From Oopsacas minuta (Eukaryota; Animalia; Porifera), in assembly GCA_024704765.1 (NCBI GenBank), contig JAKMXF010000111.1, positions 884,619-948,618 on the forward strand: 64,000 nucleotides of DNA. Direction: 5' to 3'. Below, piece after piece: positions 1-11,261 of the stretch (the first letter of the stretch is position 1; each line of letters opens with the position of its first letter). The notes beneath the pieces were generated by a model, which had not been told where the DNA came from, searched no databases, and was given only the letters and a program-made list of their open reading frames with translations. A program made the position numbers and the translations under genes.

Positions 1-68
1 TAGACATCTTTGAATACACACCAGAGTTATATAAATTATAGTAATTCAAAACCGATCTAAATCTTCAG

Positions 69-584
69 TTACGATTGTGGGCTGTCTGAGAAGTCTGGAT
101 AGAGTGTACTATAGTCGGGAGGTAGATCTTGTAGATCTTCAGTAGCACATTGAGCAACTCTATCAATTTTAGGAACAGCCACTTGATTGACTTTTTCAAC
201 ATTTGTAATTACCCCTTGATTGATCTCCGTATTCGTAATTACCCCCTGATCCTTTCTTGGGGTAAACTCTTTCACTCGTGGTATATCAGAACCTATGATC
301 TTATCCTTCCTGCTGTAGAACTGCTTCACCTCTGAATAGCTATCTTGTTTTATTTTCGCTTCAGTAAGTGGGCGGTGTTGGGAATAATATACGTGTTTAT
401 TATCTCTCTTCTTTTCAGGATCCATTTTTCCTGCTCCTCCGTAAAAAGTTGTGATAGGATCTGGTTTGCTTTTCAATTCATCTTCATAGTATTTCTTGTC
501 ATTTTGTGAAATATTCCCAGCCTCTGCTTGAAGTGATGGCTCTTTTGATTTTGATTCCTTTTTATAAGATTTCATTCCAAACAT
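69..584 (-). CDS. Orphan low-complexity protein, head-to-head with TSR1
   Basis: Open frame 69..638; likely start ATG 584 (MFGMKSYKK) just after an acceptor-like ttttatag. Internal repeat QGVITN x2. No recognisable domain. Confidence 0.45.
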   Translation of the reverse strand: MFGMKSYKKESKSKEPSLQAEAGNISQNDKKYYEDELKSKPDPITTFYGGAGKMDPEKKRDNKHVYYSQHRPLTEAKIKQDSYSEVKQFYSRKDKIIGSDIPRVKEFTPRKDQGVITNTEINQGVITNVEKVNQVAVPKIDRVAQCATEDLQDLPPDYSTLYPDFSDSPQS

Positions 585-696
585 ATTACAAAATTGTAGT
601 AAACTATAAAATATTTCTCTTTTATACAATCTACGCATATCAATGATTGAATCAGTTTTTACCTTATCACTCGTGATCTCATATGTAGAGTAAATA

Positions 697-2964
697 ATGG
701 AACATCGTCACAAGCCTGGGCCTCTCAAGCAGCAGAACAAACCACATAAGCTTGGTAAGCACCAGACAAAAGCTGGTCTGTCTAAGAGGGGAAGACCAAT
801 CCGTATTCCTAGCACTAGCTCACTGAGAACAGACGTCACTCTTGGTAGGAAGGAGAGAAGGAACCGAGCTAATCAGATCAGGAAGAGCAAACGAGAACAG
901 ATTATTTTTGAGAAGCGAGCACGAGGACTGTCAGGTACCCCACCCCATTCATTGTTACTCGTTCCTATGACACGTCACATCAACCTGACAGAGATACGTA
1001 CTCTATTACAGCCAGCTTCTACTGACTCTACTGCTACTACATTCTATTGTCCTCGTATAAAACAACGATTCACTCTATGCTCTGCTCCTTATGGAGAACT
1101 ATACACTCTACTCGATCTAGCTAAAGTATGTGATTCTATATTATTCCTGTTCTCAGTGGAAGATTCCATCAGCGAGTGGGCGGAGGAGGTGATAAGTGTT
1201 CTAATGGCTCAGGGTCTCCCCACCCCCCTACACGCAGTCACAGGACTACAGAGTGTTCCCTCTAAGGATAGAGCACAGACTCGTAGTGCAGTTAGCTCAG
1301 TAGTTACTCACCTCCTGCCTATTGATTCGAAACTGTTTAGTCTTGATACAGAGACAGAAGCATTCAATTTACTGAGATCTGTCTCTGAACAGAAGAGAAG
1401 ATCTCTCGGCTACAGAGATAATCATCCTTATATCTTGTGTGAAGAATCAGTTTATGATTCTAATTCTCTAACTCTTTCTCTAAGCGGGTATCTCAGAGGA
1501 AAGCCTCTCTCTCCTAACCAAATAGTACATCTACCAGGGATAGGTGACTTCCAGATATCTCTGATTGAGACACAATCTGATCCTTGTCCATTCAGAGGCA
1601 GTAGACATGGAGGGATGGAAATTGATACCAATAAGGTCAGACTAATCCCTGACCAGACTCTACAAGAATCTCTGATAACGGAAGCAGAAGTAGACCCTAT
1701 GGAAGGAGAGCAGACGTGGCCCAGTAAGGAAGAGTTGAAGTCCTCCTTGAAGAAGAATCCATCTTCTTGGATAGCAGATCCTACTCCAGGAGAAGACAGC
1801 ACTGAGAGTGAATCAGATGGAGAGAGGCCCGAACAAATATCGGGTAGTGACTCAGAGGATCATCTCTCTATTGGCAGTGAAAGAGAATCTGATTCTGCTA
1901 TTACAGAGACAGTATCTATGGATACGAATGATTACGATAAGACTTGTGATCCGAGAGAGGAGAAAGAACAGCTGGAGAGGATCAGAGCACAGGGAGAAGA
2001 TGTCAAATTCCCAGATGAAAGAGACACCCCTATTGATCAGGCTGCTAGAATTAGATTCGGGAAATACCGAGGTCTACAGAGCTTCCGTACATCTCCATGG
2101 GATCCTGATGAGAATCTACCAGTTGATTACGCTAGAATATTTAAATTCCATAATTTCAGAAGCACTCAGAAAAGGGCGTTACAACATGATTACAAAGATG
2201 GTGACGTCACTGGTTTATACGTCACTATTCATTTGAAGGATTTTCCGTCTAAACTAGTGTCGCTACTTCCTTCAACATCCATGGTTATATTCGGTTTATT
2301 ACAGTTCGAGCAGAAAATGTCTCTAATACATTTCACTGTGAAGAGAGTTTCTCCTTGTAATGAAATTGTAAAATCTAAAGATCCAATGCTTTTACATATG
2401 GGTTGTCGTCGTTTCTTAGCTAATCCCATATACTCTCAGCATGCTCCAGGTGATAAACACAAATATGAATTATTTTTCAGAGGAGGTGGTACCTATGTCG
2501 CGTCTATTTACGCACCAATAACATTCAAACCGTGTCCTATTCTCATGTTTACTCCTACCTCCCCAACAACTCCCACCCCCCAGCTTTTAGCCACTGGATC
2601 TGTACTAATGGCAGGACCTGACCGGATCATTTGTAAAAGGATCAAACTGAGTGGACACCCTTTCAAAATACATAGACGCTCTGCAGTTATACGTTATATG
2701 TTTTTCAATAGAGAAGATATTATGTGGTTCAAACCTATTCAGTTACGTACTAAATACGGGCGTGTAGGAAATATTAAGGAACCTCTCGGCACACATGGTC
2801 ATATGAAATGCACATTTGATAAACAATTGAAGGCACAGGATACAATCTTGATGTCTCTTTATAAACGAGTTTATCCCAAATGGACATACTGCCCCTATTT
2901 ATACCAGCCGACTAGTGACGTCACTCAAGGAGAGCTGACTATGGAGACTGATAGAGAGACATAA
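697..2964 (+). CDS. TSR1: Pre-40S ribosome biogenesis factor TSR1, intronless
   Basis: N-terminus HRHKPGPLKQQNKPHK, Bms1-type G-like domain, ARIRFGKYRGLQSFRTSPWDP, C-terminal GHMKCTFD...LYKRVYPKW, all typical of TSR1. Confidence 0.97.
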   Translation: MEHRHKPGPLKQQNKPHKLGKHQTKAGLSKRGRPIRIPSTSSLRTDVTLGRKERRNRANQIRKSKREQIIFEKRARGLSGTPPHSLLLVPMTRHINLTEIRTLLQPASTDSTATTFYCPRIKQRFTLCSAPYGELYTLLDLAKVCDSILFLFSVEDSISEWAEEVISVLMAQGLPTPLHAVTGLQSVPSKDRAQTRSAVSSVVTHLLPIDSKLFSLDTETEAFNLLRSVSEQKRRSLGYRDNHPYILCEESVYDSNSLTLSLSGYLRGKPLSPNQIVHLPGIGDFQISLIETQSDPCPFRGSRHGGMEIDTNKVRLIPDQTLQESLITEAEVDPMEGEQTWPSKEELKSSLKKNPSSWIADPTPGEDSTESESDGERPEQISGSDSEDHLSIGSERESDSAITETVSMDTNDYDKTCDPREEKEQLERIRAQGEDVKFPDERDTPIDQAARIRFGKYRGLQSFRTSPWDPDENLPVDYARIFKFHNFRSTQKRALQHDYKDGDVTGLYVTIHLKDFPSKLVSLLPSTSMVIFGLLQFEQKMSLIHFTVKRVSPCNEIVKSKDPMLLHMGCRRFLANPIYSQHAPGDKHKYELFFRGGGTYVASIYAPITFKPCPILMFTPTSPTTPTPQLLATGSVLMAGPDRIICKRIKLSGHPFKIHRRSAVIRYMFFNREDIMWFKPIQLRTKYGRVGNIKEPLGTHGHMKCTFDKQLKAQDTILMSLYKRVYPKWTYCPYLYQPTSDVTQGELTMETDRET

Positions 2965-3090
2965 CGGAAGCATGATGTACTTGAAATTCGTGAGTTATTT
3001 AATAGACTTTAGTGTTTTTCATGATTGTTAGAACGAGCAAGTTTCTATAACTTTATAGGTTAATTTTAGCAGCAAAGTTAGTGTTAAGAA

Positions 3091-3216
3091 TAGTTACTAA
3101 TCCCTGGTTAACTCATGCTGATAATGGTAAATTAGTTACTAATCCCTGGTTAACTCATGCTGATAATGGTAAATTAGTTACTAATCCCTGGTTAACTCAT
3201 GCTGATAATGGTAAAT
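3091..3216. repeat. Perfect 42-bp minisatellite, 3 copies
   Basis: Unit tagttactaatccctggttaactcatgctgataatggtaaat at 3091, 3133 and 3175 with no spacers. Confidence 0.95.
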
Positions 3217-4154
3217 TTTAACTGAATGCAAATTGATTTAAATTGATTGATTGATTGAAACTTGATTGATGAGATAGTAATTTAGTGAATAAATAATTTA
3301 TATTATGGAAGGCATTTAGTCTTGCTATTGGTTATTGATATCTGAAGTTTATGCTAACTCTTTGATTTTGAATATTAACTTTATTATGTTTGATGTATCA
3401 AAATTGAAGAGCACCATTACCCACATAATTCATGTTTATAGTTGGACGTTATGTATAAACAATTGTAAATTGCTATCTAGCTGTGGTTCTCAATTAATTA
3501 ACTATAATTTAATTTCCCCAGATTATGTCATTTTGAATGGCCACTACCCGAACATTTAGGTTAATTTGATACTTTCAAAATTATTCCCTATTTGGCTATA
3601 ACCATTTATAAGCGAAAATTCAATTCAAAAAAGAATAATAAATAGACTTAGTATTTGTCCAAAAAAAAGATATTTAAACTGACCTTCTATATTACATTCC
3701 CGGATGCCAGGGTTGTTTCCGACGCCTATACTTGCCGATCTGTATATACTATGTTTACTGTTATAGATATTTTTAGTTAGCGAAAATTTTCACCTCGTTA
3801 CCTCATGTTGAGAACCACTGCTATATAGAGTGTCTGTTATAACAGGTTCCACTTTATTCAGAGCTACTACAATCTTAACTACGAGATTGTATATCATACA
3901 TCAATACTTCTGTATATTTGAGGGACGAGTGTTTACAGGAAGCCCTCGCCGTTCGTCAGTTTACCGCGGATGATATTTAGTGTTTCATTTTGTTGTTCGC
4001 GACTCATTCCCTCGGCTATTCGCGGTTTCCCTACACAAATCAACAATTTGGTAGAAATGCCTGTACTTCACTTTATAGTAAACGAGTACAGAATAGATAA
4101 AAATTTATTTATTATAGACTAATAGCTCCATAGAAACAATGTACAGTAATATTA

Positions 4155-4724
4155 TTATATGGAAAAGCAGATACAAATATATGACCAAATAGATCTAGGT
4201 AGCTCCTGCTCATCTATCAGTAGAGGCTCCAATGATTGACTTTTGTCACTATTGTGTAACAAACTAATCACATTCTGACTCCACATTACGTCATTTCTCA
4301 AATAGCTCACAACTTTCTTTTTATTCATCATAATTTCCTCTTTCATTCCATCCCCATGCGATATAACTAATCTCTGTGATTCGATTGCTATATTATTTTT
4401 CTCATTGATCAATGATTTAAGTTGGTAGACAGTTGTATCTTGATCTATCTCAATAGTAAGTTTTTTACCATTAATGTCGAATATTTCTATACTAAGACCA
4501 GCTTTAATCTTAGATAGCAGATTTAATGTGTCTCCTTCTTGCATTGTAATCTCGCTTAACTTATCCTCACGGGATAACTTCTTTTTATCAGTTAGAATGT
4601 ACTGTAGATCAGGGCTTAGTCCTTCCGTCTCTTCGATCTTGTTTTGGAGATCTTTAACTCTACAATGTGGACTCATTTTATATTTAATGGTTCTGCCTGT
4701 CAGTGTACGAACTTCTAAATCCAT
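4155..4724 (-). CDS. Tandem two-domain ubiquitin-like protein with Cys-containing hydrophobic tail
   Basis: MDLEVRTLTGRTI aligns to ubiquitin MQIFVKTLTGKTI. Second UBL is LSIEIFDINGKKLTIEIDQDTTVYQLKSLI...SQRLV. Ends ICICFSI with no GG. Confidence 0.85.
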   Translation of the reverse strand: MDLEVRTLTGRTIKYKMSPHCRVKDLQNKIEETEGLSPDLQYILTDKKKLSREDKLSEITMQEGDTLNLLSKIKAGLSIEIFDINGKKLTIEIDQDTTVYQLKSLINEKNNIAIESQRLVISHGDGMKEEIMMNKKKVVSYLRNDVMWSQNVISLLHNSDKSQSLEPLLIDEQELPRSIWSYICICFSI

Positions 4725-6353
4725 TCTGCCCAACCTAGAATATTGTGAAAATCATTATTCCTCAATAAACCTATTATATTTATATATATGATACTAATGA
4801 GATTAGTCACGTGTGTATAAATCTATATGATATATTACCTCATAATGAAATAATAGTAATGTGTTGTGTTTTTGTTTGAAAATTATAGAGCTTGAACAAG
4901 CATTGTTGCTAGATCTCTTGTTATCAGTTTACTCAACTCACTGTAGTCTGTAGACTTTATAATTTGTCCAATTAGTATGTATTTATCTTAACAGCTATTT
5001 TCTTGGATCTTTTAGGTACTTCTAACCTGATTTGTTGACTTGTTGCTTCTTAATATTGAGCTCTATTTTATTAATTCGTATCTAATAAACTGATGAGTAG
5101 GGACTAAGGAAGTCCAGAAAGAATTCTCCACTACCTCAGGAACCATAAATTCATCTTAGTTAATATTTTTATTGTTTAGAAGCATAACATCCTCATACTA
5201 CTTAAAATTATTAACTCAGTACATTCTGTATTCAACAGTCAGCCCCGTTTCATAGAGGCTGTAGGCCACAAGCGTACTACTGAGATCTAATTACAAGTCA
5301 AGGCCGTCGGAAACCCCTCTTCCGCCGCCCCTGATTACAACCAGTATTTACTTTTCAGTTGCATCGGAGCACCATATTACCTCGATTAGTATAAAGGGCG
5401 TTATTTCCGTTTGCACCTTTGCCCTGAGATAAATATACTCTTATCACATCCTACATAACATGAATGATAATATTTGATACATGAATCTGTTCACCACTGC
5501 ACCAACGTGCTGATCTGTGCCAATGCAATATCATTTATACCCATCATGAAAAGATGATGAAATCAATTCATATTTAATATATCCAAGCGGAAGTTATTGA
5601 TATATTGGGACTTCTAGTAATACTTAAGAAATTTATCATTATATCGTGGTTGATTGTTGATGATAAATTGGTACATACAGCCCGAAAAAGACTACCGTAT
5701 TTTCCTGAATTCTTATTCTTTTCGTGTAATATTTTTACAATTTTGAAAATACCACTGATTTGGGAAATAATTATTGTAATTTGTTGTATAGTCGGATGGT
5801 AAATTTGTATTCACAAGTCTTGGAGCCTTTTTCTAGCCCCCGGTGCTTATTCAGGGAAATACGGTACTTGCTTCATTTCAACATTTTCTTGGAAATTTTC
5901 AAAAAGTTGATAAATTTTTTAACTAATACAAATAGTATGTAATGTAATTAATGTGGTCCAGTATTGCAACCCCTGTACGTAAACATCAAGCGCAGTTTAT
6001 TCGATAGCCAGAACTGTCTTGATTATTAATATGAAATTAATAGTTTAATGTATATCTCACTTGTAATTGTAAAGCATGTAAAGTGAGAATTGAAATTCCA
6101 TCTTGTTGATTTAAAAATAAATCGTTTCATAGTTATTCAAAGCTGGCAACGCTTTCGAGCACTCTAAACACAGCAATAAAATACTTAATGTCTCTACTAA
6201 TGTTACTGTTTGCTTGTTGGTATATAAACAATGATAAATAATGTAACGGTTGCTATGGTAAATTTGTTCGGCATTCAGGTGAGATCTCAATTTCGAACAT
6301 ACTAGCTCCTAGTACAGTCAGCCAGTTGACCTAAATCTTCAAGTTCTATTGCA

Positions 6354-8972
6354 ATGTTCAATTACAGAACAAATCCTCAAGGAATCCGTCCAATCGGCGG
6401 CAGCTACTTCAGAACTCCTCCTGGACAGAGAGCACAGAGACAGAGCTTCAATAGACCTATAAATACTTCAAACAGACCAATTAGCAAGCCAATGGGTAGC
6501 AAACCTCAAATAACTATAACTAGCTCTACTGCTAGCGTAGTTAAGCAATCTGATACCCAAAAACCTAATACACAAGAATCAGAGTCTGTAATCAAAAGGC
6601 CAGCTGTTGAACAGCAACCTAATTCTGATAATAAACTTGAAAGTATCAAAACTAAAGACACACCAGTTGTGCAACAATCCTTATACGAATCAATTCCTGG
6701 CATTTCTCCACAGCCTCCTAACCAACCTCCCCTATCTGAACCTCCTCCCCCTCTCCCTACTACTGCTCAATCTTCTAGCGTCATTTCTACAACTGAGGCC
6801 TCTGACACAAAAAAAGACGAAAAATCTGAAGATAAGGAGGAAATATCTTGGAGTCCTCCTCCACCTGAACCACAACAAAAACCTCTCTCTATTCCTCTCT
6901 CTGCTGATACTCAGATACCATTTGGAGCTACACTCACACAGAAAAATTCGTATTCTGAAAGAATTCAATCAGCTGCGAAAGATACTCCTCCAGTTCCAAC
7001 AATTCAGGAAGATACACCATTTCAGAGTCAGTTTATTAAAGGATATCAACCTAAAAAGGTACCAGTAAAGACTGATACTCCACCTCAACCTACCAAAGAG
7101 GCTAAGCCTGCTCCTCATCAGAATACAGGCCAGGGATATTCAGATAATAATCAGTATCAACAAGGCCAACAGCCCCAACAGCCCCAACAAAGCACAGGCA
7201 ATCCTCAATATGGAAGAAAAAGACCATTACCTCCAACAGGCAAATGGCAAAAAGGTGGAGGGTATACGAGACCTGCTCCCGCTCCCTCTCCCATGCAAAC
7301 AGAGTATGAACTTGATCCCAAGGTTGATCGGTCCATTTTGGAGGCAGAACCTAAAGAAATAATTAAGAAATTCACGAATCGTTGCAGATTGTTCGTAGGC
7401 GGAATTGTCAATGCTGATGAGAAATTATTGAAAGATATGTTTATAAAATTCGGTGCGATATCTGAGCTCTGGCTCAATAAGGACAAAGGATTTGGATTTG
7501 TCAAAATGGACACTCGAGCTAACGCCCAAAGAGCAATAGACCATTACAACGGTCTTGAGAGATTAAACACGATGATACGTGTTAGATTCGCTGCTCGAAG
7601 CAGTGCTATTAAAATCAGCAATCTTAGTTTTGCAGTCACTAATGAGTTATTAGAGGACTCTTTCAAAACATTTGGAGAAGTGGAACATGCAATAGTAGCT
7701 TGTGATGAACGTGGAAAGTCCTTAGGATGGGGTGTAGTTGATTTCGCGATGAAAAAATCTGCAATACATGCAATAGCCAGATGTAAGGAAGGCATGTTCA
7801 TATTATGTAGGAGTCCTATCCCTGTAATGGTAACTGAGCTCAAAGATGAGGATCTGGAAGAGGGAGTTGTAGAAAAGACTGTATTCAGGAATGTGTTGTA
7901 TCAGAGAGAGCGAGAGGAAGGTCCTAGATTTGCAATGCCAGGAACTATGGAGTATCAAATGGGTCTGAAATGGAAAGGATTCTTAGAAAAGGCTCGTGCA
8001 GCACGTGAATCGTTAGAAGAGAATCTGAAATCTGATCGTGTCAAACTTGAAGATGAAACTGAGTCTGAAATGATTCACTATCTTGAACAACAAGATATGT
8101 TACGTCATCAAGAGGAACTGAGAAAACAGGACGAAATGAGAAGAAGTGATGAAGCCAAGAAACAAGAAAGTATGCGTTATCACGAGATGATAAAACAAGA
8201 GACAAGGAGGAGAAGTCAGAGTATGAGGATTCAGGACGATCTCAAAAGAAGAGAAGAAAGTTTACAGAGAGGAGGTGAATTTGGAGGAGGAAATGAAGAT
8301 CGTGGTTATACTCGTCATTTTGGACAATCTAGACCAACTGAATCATCATACGGTTATCCAAGTCAAGATTACGAGCATGGATACAATACAAAGCCGCAGC
8401 AAGACTGGGGGCAGTCAACTGGCTCCTCTCATCAGAAAGAGTGGGTCACTGAATCTGATACTAGTTATGGAAACTCCGGTTACCAGGGAAACCAAGGGAG
8501 AAGTACTCAGTCATGCTATGATGATTATTCTGGTTATTCCTCTCAATACGATCAAGGACAGAGTGTTAATCAATATGGAGGAGATTCCTATAACAAGGAT
8601 CAGTACAGTTCAGGAGATCAATATAGAGGAGATAACCGTGGTTATACAAGCAATAGTAACGCACAGTCAAGAGATGAGTACCGCAACTATGGCAACAATC
8701 CTACTGGAGCCAGTTCTAGCGGGAACTATTCATCAGATGGCTATGGTACTGGATACGGAGCTAGCAGCTCTCAAGCACAATCTGGCTCAGGTGATTGGAA
8801 TTATGGACAAGGAGGACAGAGTAACATATATGAAGGAGGGTATGGAGACCAATATGGGGATAATCAGCCAGGAGGAGGAGGAGGTTCTTACGATAGGAGA
8901 AGACCTCATAGTGGAGATATGTCTGCTGGAAGAATGGGCTATCCTGGATCTGAAAAGCGTAGAAAGTTCTAA
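6354..8972 (+). CDS. DBHS family RNA-binding protein (NONO/SFPQ/PSPC1-like), intronless CDS
   Basis: RRM1 FTNRCRLFVGG, RRM2 AIKISNLSFAVTNELLEDSF, NOPS region (ERE EGPRFAMPGTMEY), charged coiled coil, C-terminal NLS KRRKF. Probable 5'UTR intron about 6279-6343. Confidence 0.93.
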   Translation: MFNYRTNPQGIRPIGGSYFRTPPGQRAQRQSFNRPINTSNRPISKPMGSKPQITITSSTASVVKQSDTQKPNTQESESVIKRPAVEQQPNSDNKLESIKTKDTPVVQQSLYESIPGISPQPPNQPPLSEPPPPLPTTAQSSSVISTTEASDTKKDEKSEDKEEISWSPPPPEPQQKPLSIPLSADTQIPFGATLTQKNSYSERIQSAAKDTPPVPTIQEDTPFQSQFIKGYQPKKVPVKTDTPPQPTKEAKPAPHQNTGQGYSDNNQYQQGQQPQQPQQSTGNPQYGRKRPLPPTGKWQKGGGYTRPAPAPSPMQTEYELDPKVDRSILEAEPKEIIKKFTNRCRLFVGGIVNADEKLLKDMFIKFGAISELWLNKDKGFGFVKMDTRANAQRAIDHYNGLERLNTMIRVRFAARSSAIKISNLSFAVTNELLEDSFKTFGEVEHAIVACDERGKSLGWGVVDFAMKKSAIHAIARCKEGMFILCRSPIPVMVTELKDEDLEEGVVEKTVFRNVLYQREREEGPRFAMPGTMEYQMGLKWKGFLEKARAARESLEENLKSDRVKLEDETESEMIHYLEQQDMLRHQEELRKQDEMRRSDEAKKQESMRYHEMIKQETRRRSQSMRIQDDLKRREESLQRGGEFGGGNEDRGYTRHFGQSRPTESSYGYPSQDYEHGYNTKPQQDWGQSTGSSHQKEWVTESDTSYGNSGYQGNQGRSTQSCYDDYSGYSSQYDQGQSVNQYGGDSYNKDQYSSGDQYRGDNRGYTSNSNAQSRDEYRNYGNNPTGASSSGNYSSDGYGTGYGASSSQAQSGSGDWNYGQGGQSNIYEGGYGDQYGDNQPGGGGGSYDRRRPHSGDMSAGRMGYPGSEKRRKF

Positions 8973-9194
8973 CTTGCTCAATAGCTCTTAATCTTAACTA
9001 CTACCCCCTATTCTTCTAGAAGTACTTGCTCTCTCTTCTCTCCTTATAGTTTAGTTCTCTCTCTTTTTGTGTACTTCACAAGTTACTTATGTATCAGTTA
9101 GTTTATTACATACAACTTGAGATATTTGAAAGATGAGTTTGTTATTCAATACTCTTAATTTATGTAGTTTATAGCTACACATTGACTTACAGCC

Positions 9195-9337
9195 GTTCAA
9201 ACGTTACGTGACGATACCTAGGGGTGAACTGGCGATATGCAAAGCGTGACAACAGACAGCCCCATTCTTTTTATGTTACTAACGGTATGACACAATGGGA
9301 TAAAATTTAGGGAATTTACGTTACGTAACGTTTGAAC
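9195..9337. mobile_element. MITE remnant, PIF/Harbinger-like ends
   Basis: Perfect 15-bp inverted repeat gttcaaacgttacgt / acgtaacgtttgaac; same end recurs at 25276. Confidence 0.65.
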
Positions 9338-9447
9338 TTTGTTTAATTATTAGCATATGAGCACATTAATCAATGATTAAAGGTTGGATAATCATCTGTA
9401 AGACTAGTACTGAAATTAACTGTCTCCCACCTTTGCAACAGTTGTAA

Positions 9448-10086
9448 GCAAGTATCAACATAAATTTTGAGATATTGCCAATTTGTTTACTTTATATTCA
9501 TAAAACCAACAAAAAATATACTTATGAGAACCTTGAAAATGCAGCGTACTTAGTTACCCCTACGTAGCCGTTTAGAGCAAGTCTATTCATAAAAACAACA
9601 ATATTTTTACATATCAATGGACAAACAAACAGACAAACAACAATTGAGATTGAATCATATAGATGTTGTATACAATACCATATTCAGACTCAGCGTACTC
9701 GATTACCCCAGTACAGTCGTTGAAAGTATGATTCTACCTCAATTTTTAAATGTGTTTACTTATGTGTACATAAGTAAACAAATATTCGCAAAATGTTGTT
9801 TACAATATCATATTCGGACTCAGCAAAATCGATTAACCCAGTATAAGGAAGCGGGTTCCAGAAATTTCCAACAGTTTCCAGCTGTTTCTACCAGTTTCCA
9901 GTTGGAAAGTGTCGGAACCGGTTGATCCTTGTTCTCAACAGAAATATGGGTAATCAAGTACGCTGAATCCGAATTTCTCATTTCCAAAGTTTCTCATATG
10001 TAAATTTATTGTTGTTTTTATGAATATAAAGTAAACAAATTAGCAAAATCTCAAAATTACGTAGATACTTGCCCTCAACGGCTACA
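9448..10086. mobile_element. Foldback/MITE with long imperfect TIRs plus a duplicated left arm
   Basis: 9947-10086 is the reverse complement of about 9448-9562 and (with a deletion) about 9563-9713. Sub-repeat attc[ag]gactcagc...gatta.ccca at about 9682 and 9811. Confidence 0.75.
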
Positions 10087-10995
10087 AATGGTGTTGATCT
10101 TACAAAATAGTTCAATAATATATATGCCATATACGTATATTTGTGAATTACATTGTTCTAAATATATCTATATTATAATACTCAAAGGGGCCGTCAATTT
10201 GGAGAATAATGGATACCTCGAGGCGCAATGCGCCGAAACATTTAATCTAGATTCTACACAATATAGTATATATTTACTCCATAGCCAAGGAAGAGGTTGG
10301 GAATTGAAGCTGCCATCCACGAAATATATTTTAGGTTAATATCCAGAATATTGTTGAGCCCGTATACATATATGTATTGATTCTTGATTCACGCTATTTA
10401 TTTAACAGTGGAACTTCTCTAAGCAGTTTCTCTAAGAGCAGGAGGATATCCAGAATGTTTGCATTTAATTATACATGAAAATTGCCTCCATGTATAGATC
10501 GAGAGTCATATAGTACTATCTTTTCAAAGACAAGTGCGTGGTTTGTGGTTTTATCCACCCTGAGTAAATACGGTCAGGGTCAGAGACCCCCACGAGACCA
10601 AATATCTTGTTGGTAATAAAGAGACCATATGTAGTGAAGAAATTAATATAATCCTATGATAATACTTTTATTGGGGGCCACTTACCTGGTATGATAAGCG
10701 ACACTGACTGTTGACTCTAATGTATCGCACAATAATATAGTTAAACATTTTCAAAGCAGATAATTTTCCTAATGAAATATGAGAAACTTGATATTACCTA
10801 TTTTGCTTTATTCATTGGCACACGAATGGCTCCTGTGGCTAATTGACATCTGAAATAAGCTGTAAAAATTCAGCTCTTAATCATTTGAAAAAGTGTCGTA
10901 GGGAAAATCAGGACCTTACATGGAGGCCATCCGTCGCTATCTCGAACGGATTTTTATTTAGCCGAGGTTCGAGTAACCGGATGTTGACTATAGTA

Positions 10996-11146
10996 TAGTA
11001 GGACCCGGATAAGACGTACTCCCTCGGGAAACAAAACAAGTACATCATATCCGAATATTCTTCATACATAATTAATACAAGAATTGATAATCCTTTTTAG
11101 AGAAAAGTACATCTTAATCCGAGTACGTACTAACTGAATTCTACAG
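10996..11146. mobile_element. Degenerate Tc1/mariner-type MITE (family of 29697)
   Basis: tagtaggacccggataagacgtac ... gtacatcttaatccgag...ctacag with TA flanks; inverted relative to the 29697 copy. Confidence 0.7.
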
Positions 11147-11261
11147 TAGAACTCATCAATTCAACACCCACGTAATTCTTTTCCCTATTCAAATGTTTGC
11201 AAGTGATTATAATTTATGCCATACATATCGCAATCTATGGAAATTAGAGAACATAAATAGT

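Noticed and set aside
3091-3216. CRISPR-like array
   Set aside because: Units are contiguous with no spacers, there are no cas genes, and the context is eukaryotic.
4870-5560. Scattered exon-like pieces upstream of the UBL gene
   Set aside because: Could not be phased into a recognisable protein; may be UTR exons or decayed sequence.
10680-10689. acttacctgg resembling the U1 snRNA 5' end
   Set aside because: No U1 stem-loops or Sm site follow; better read as a minus-strand CAG|gtaagt donor-like sequence.
10500-10860. Splice-site-bounded segments on the minus strand
   Set aside because: The first segment is closed in all three frames and no coherent ORF or snoRNA box could be built; unsupported without RNA data.
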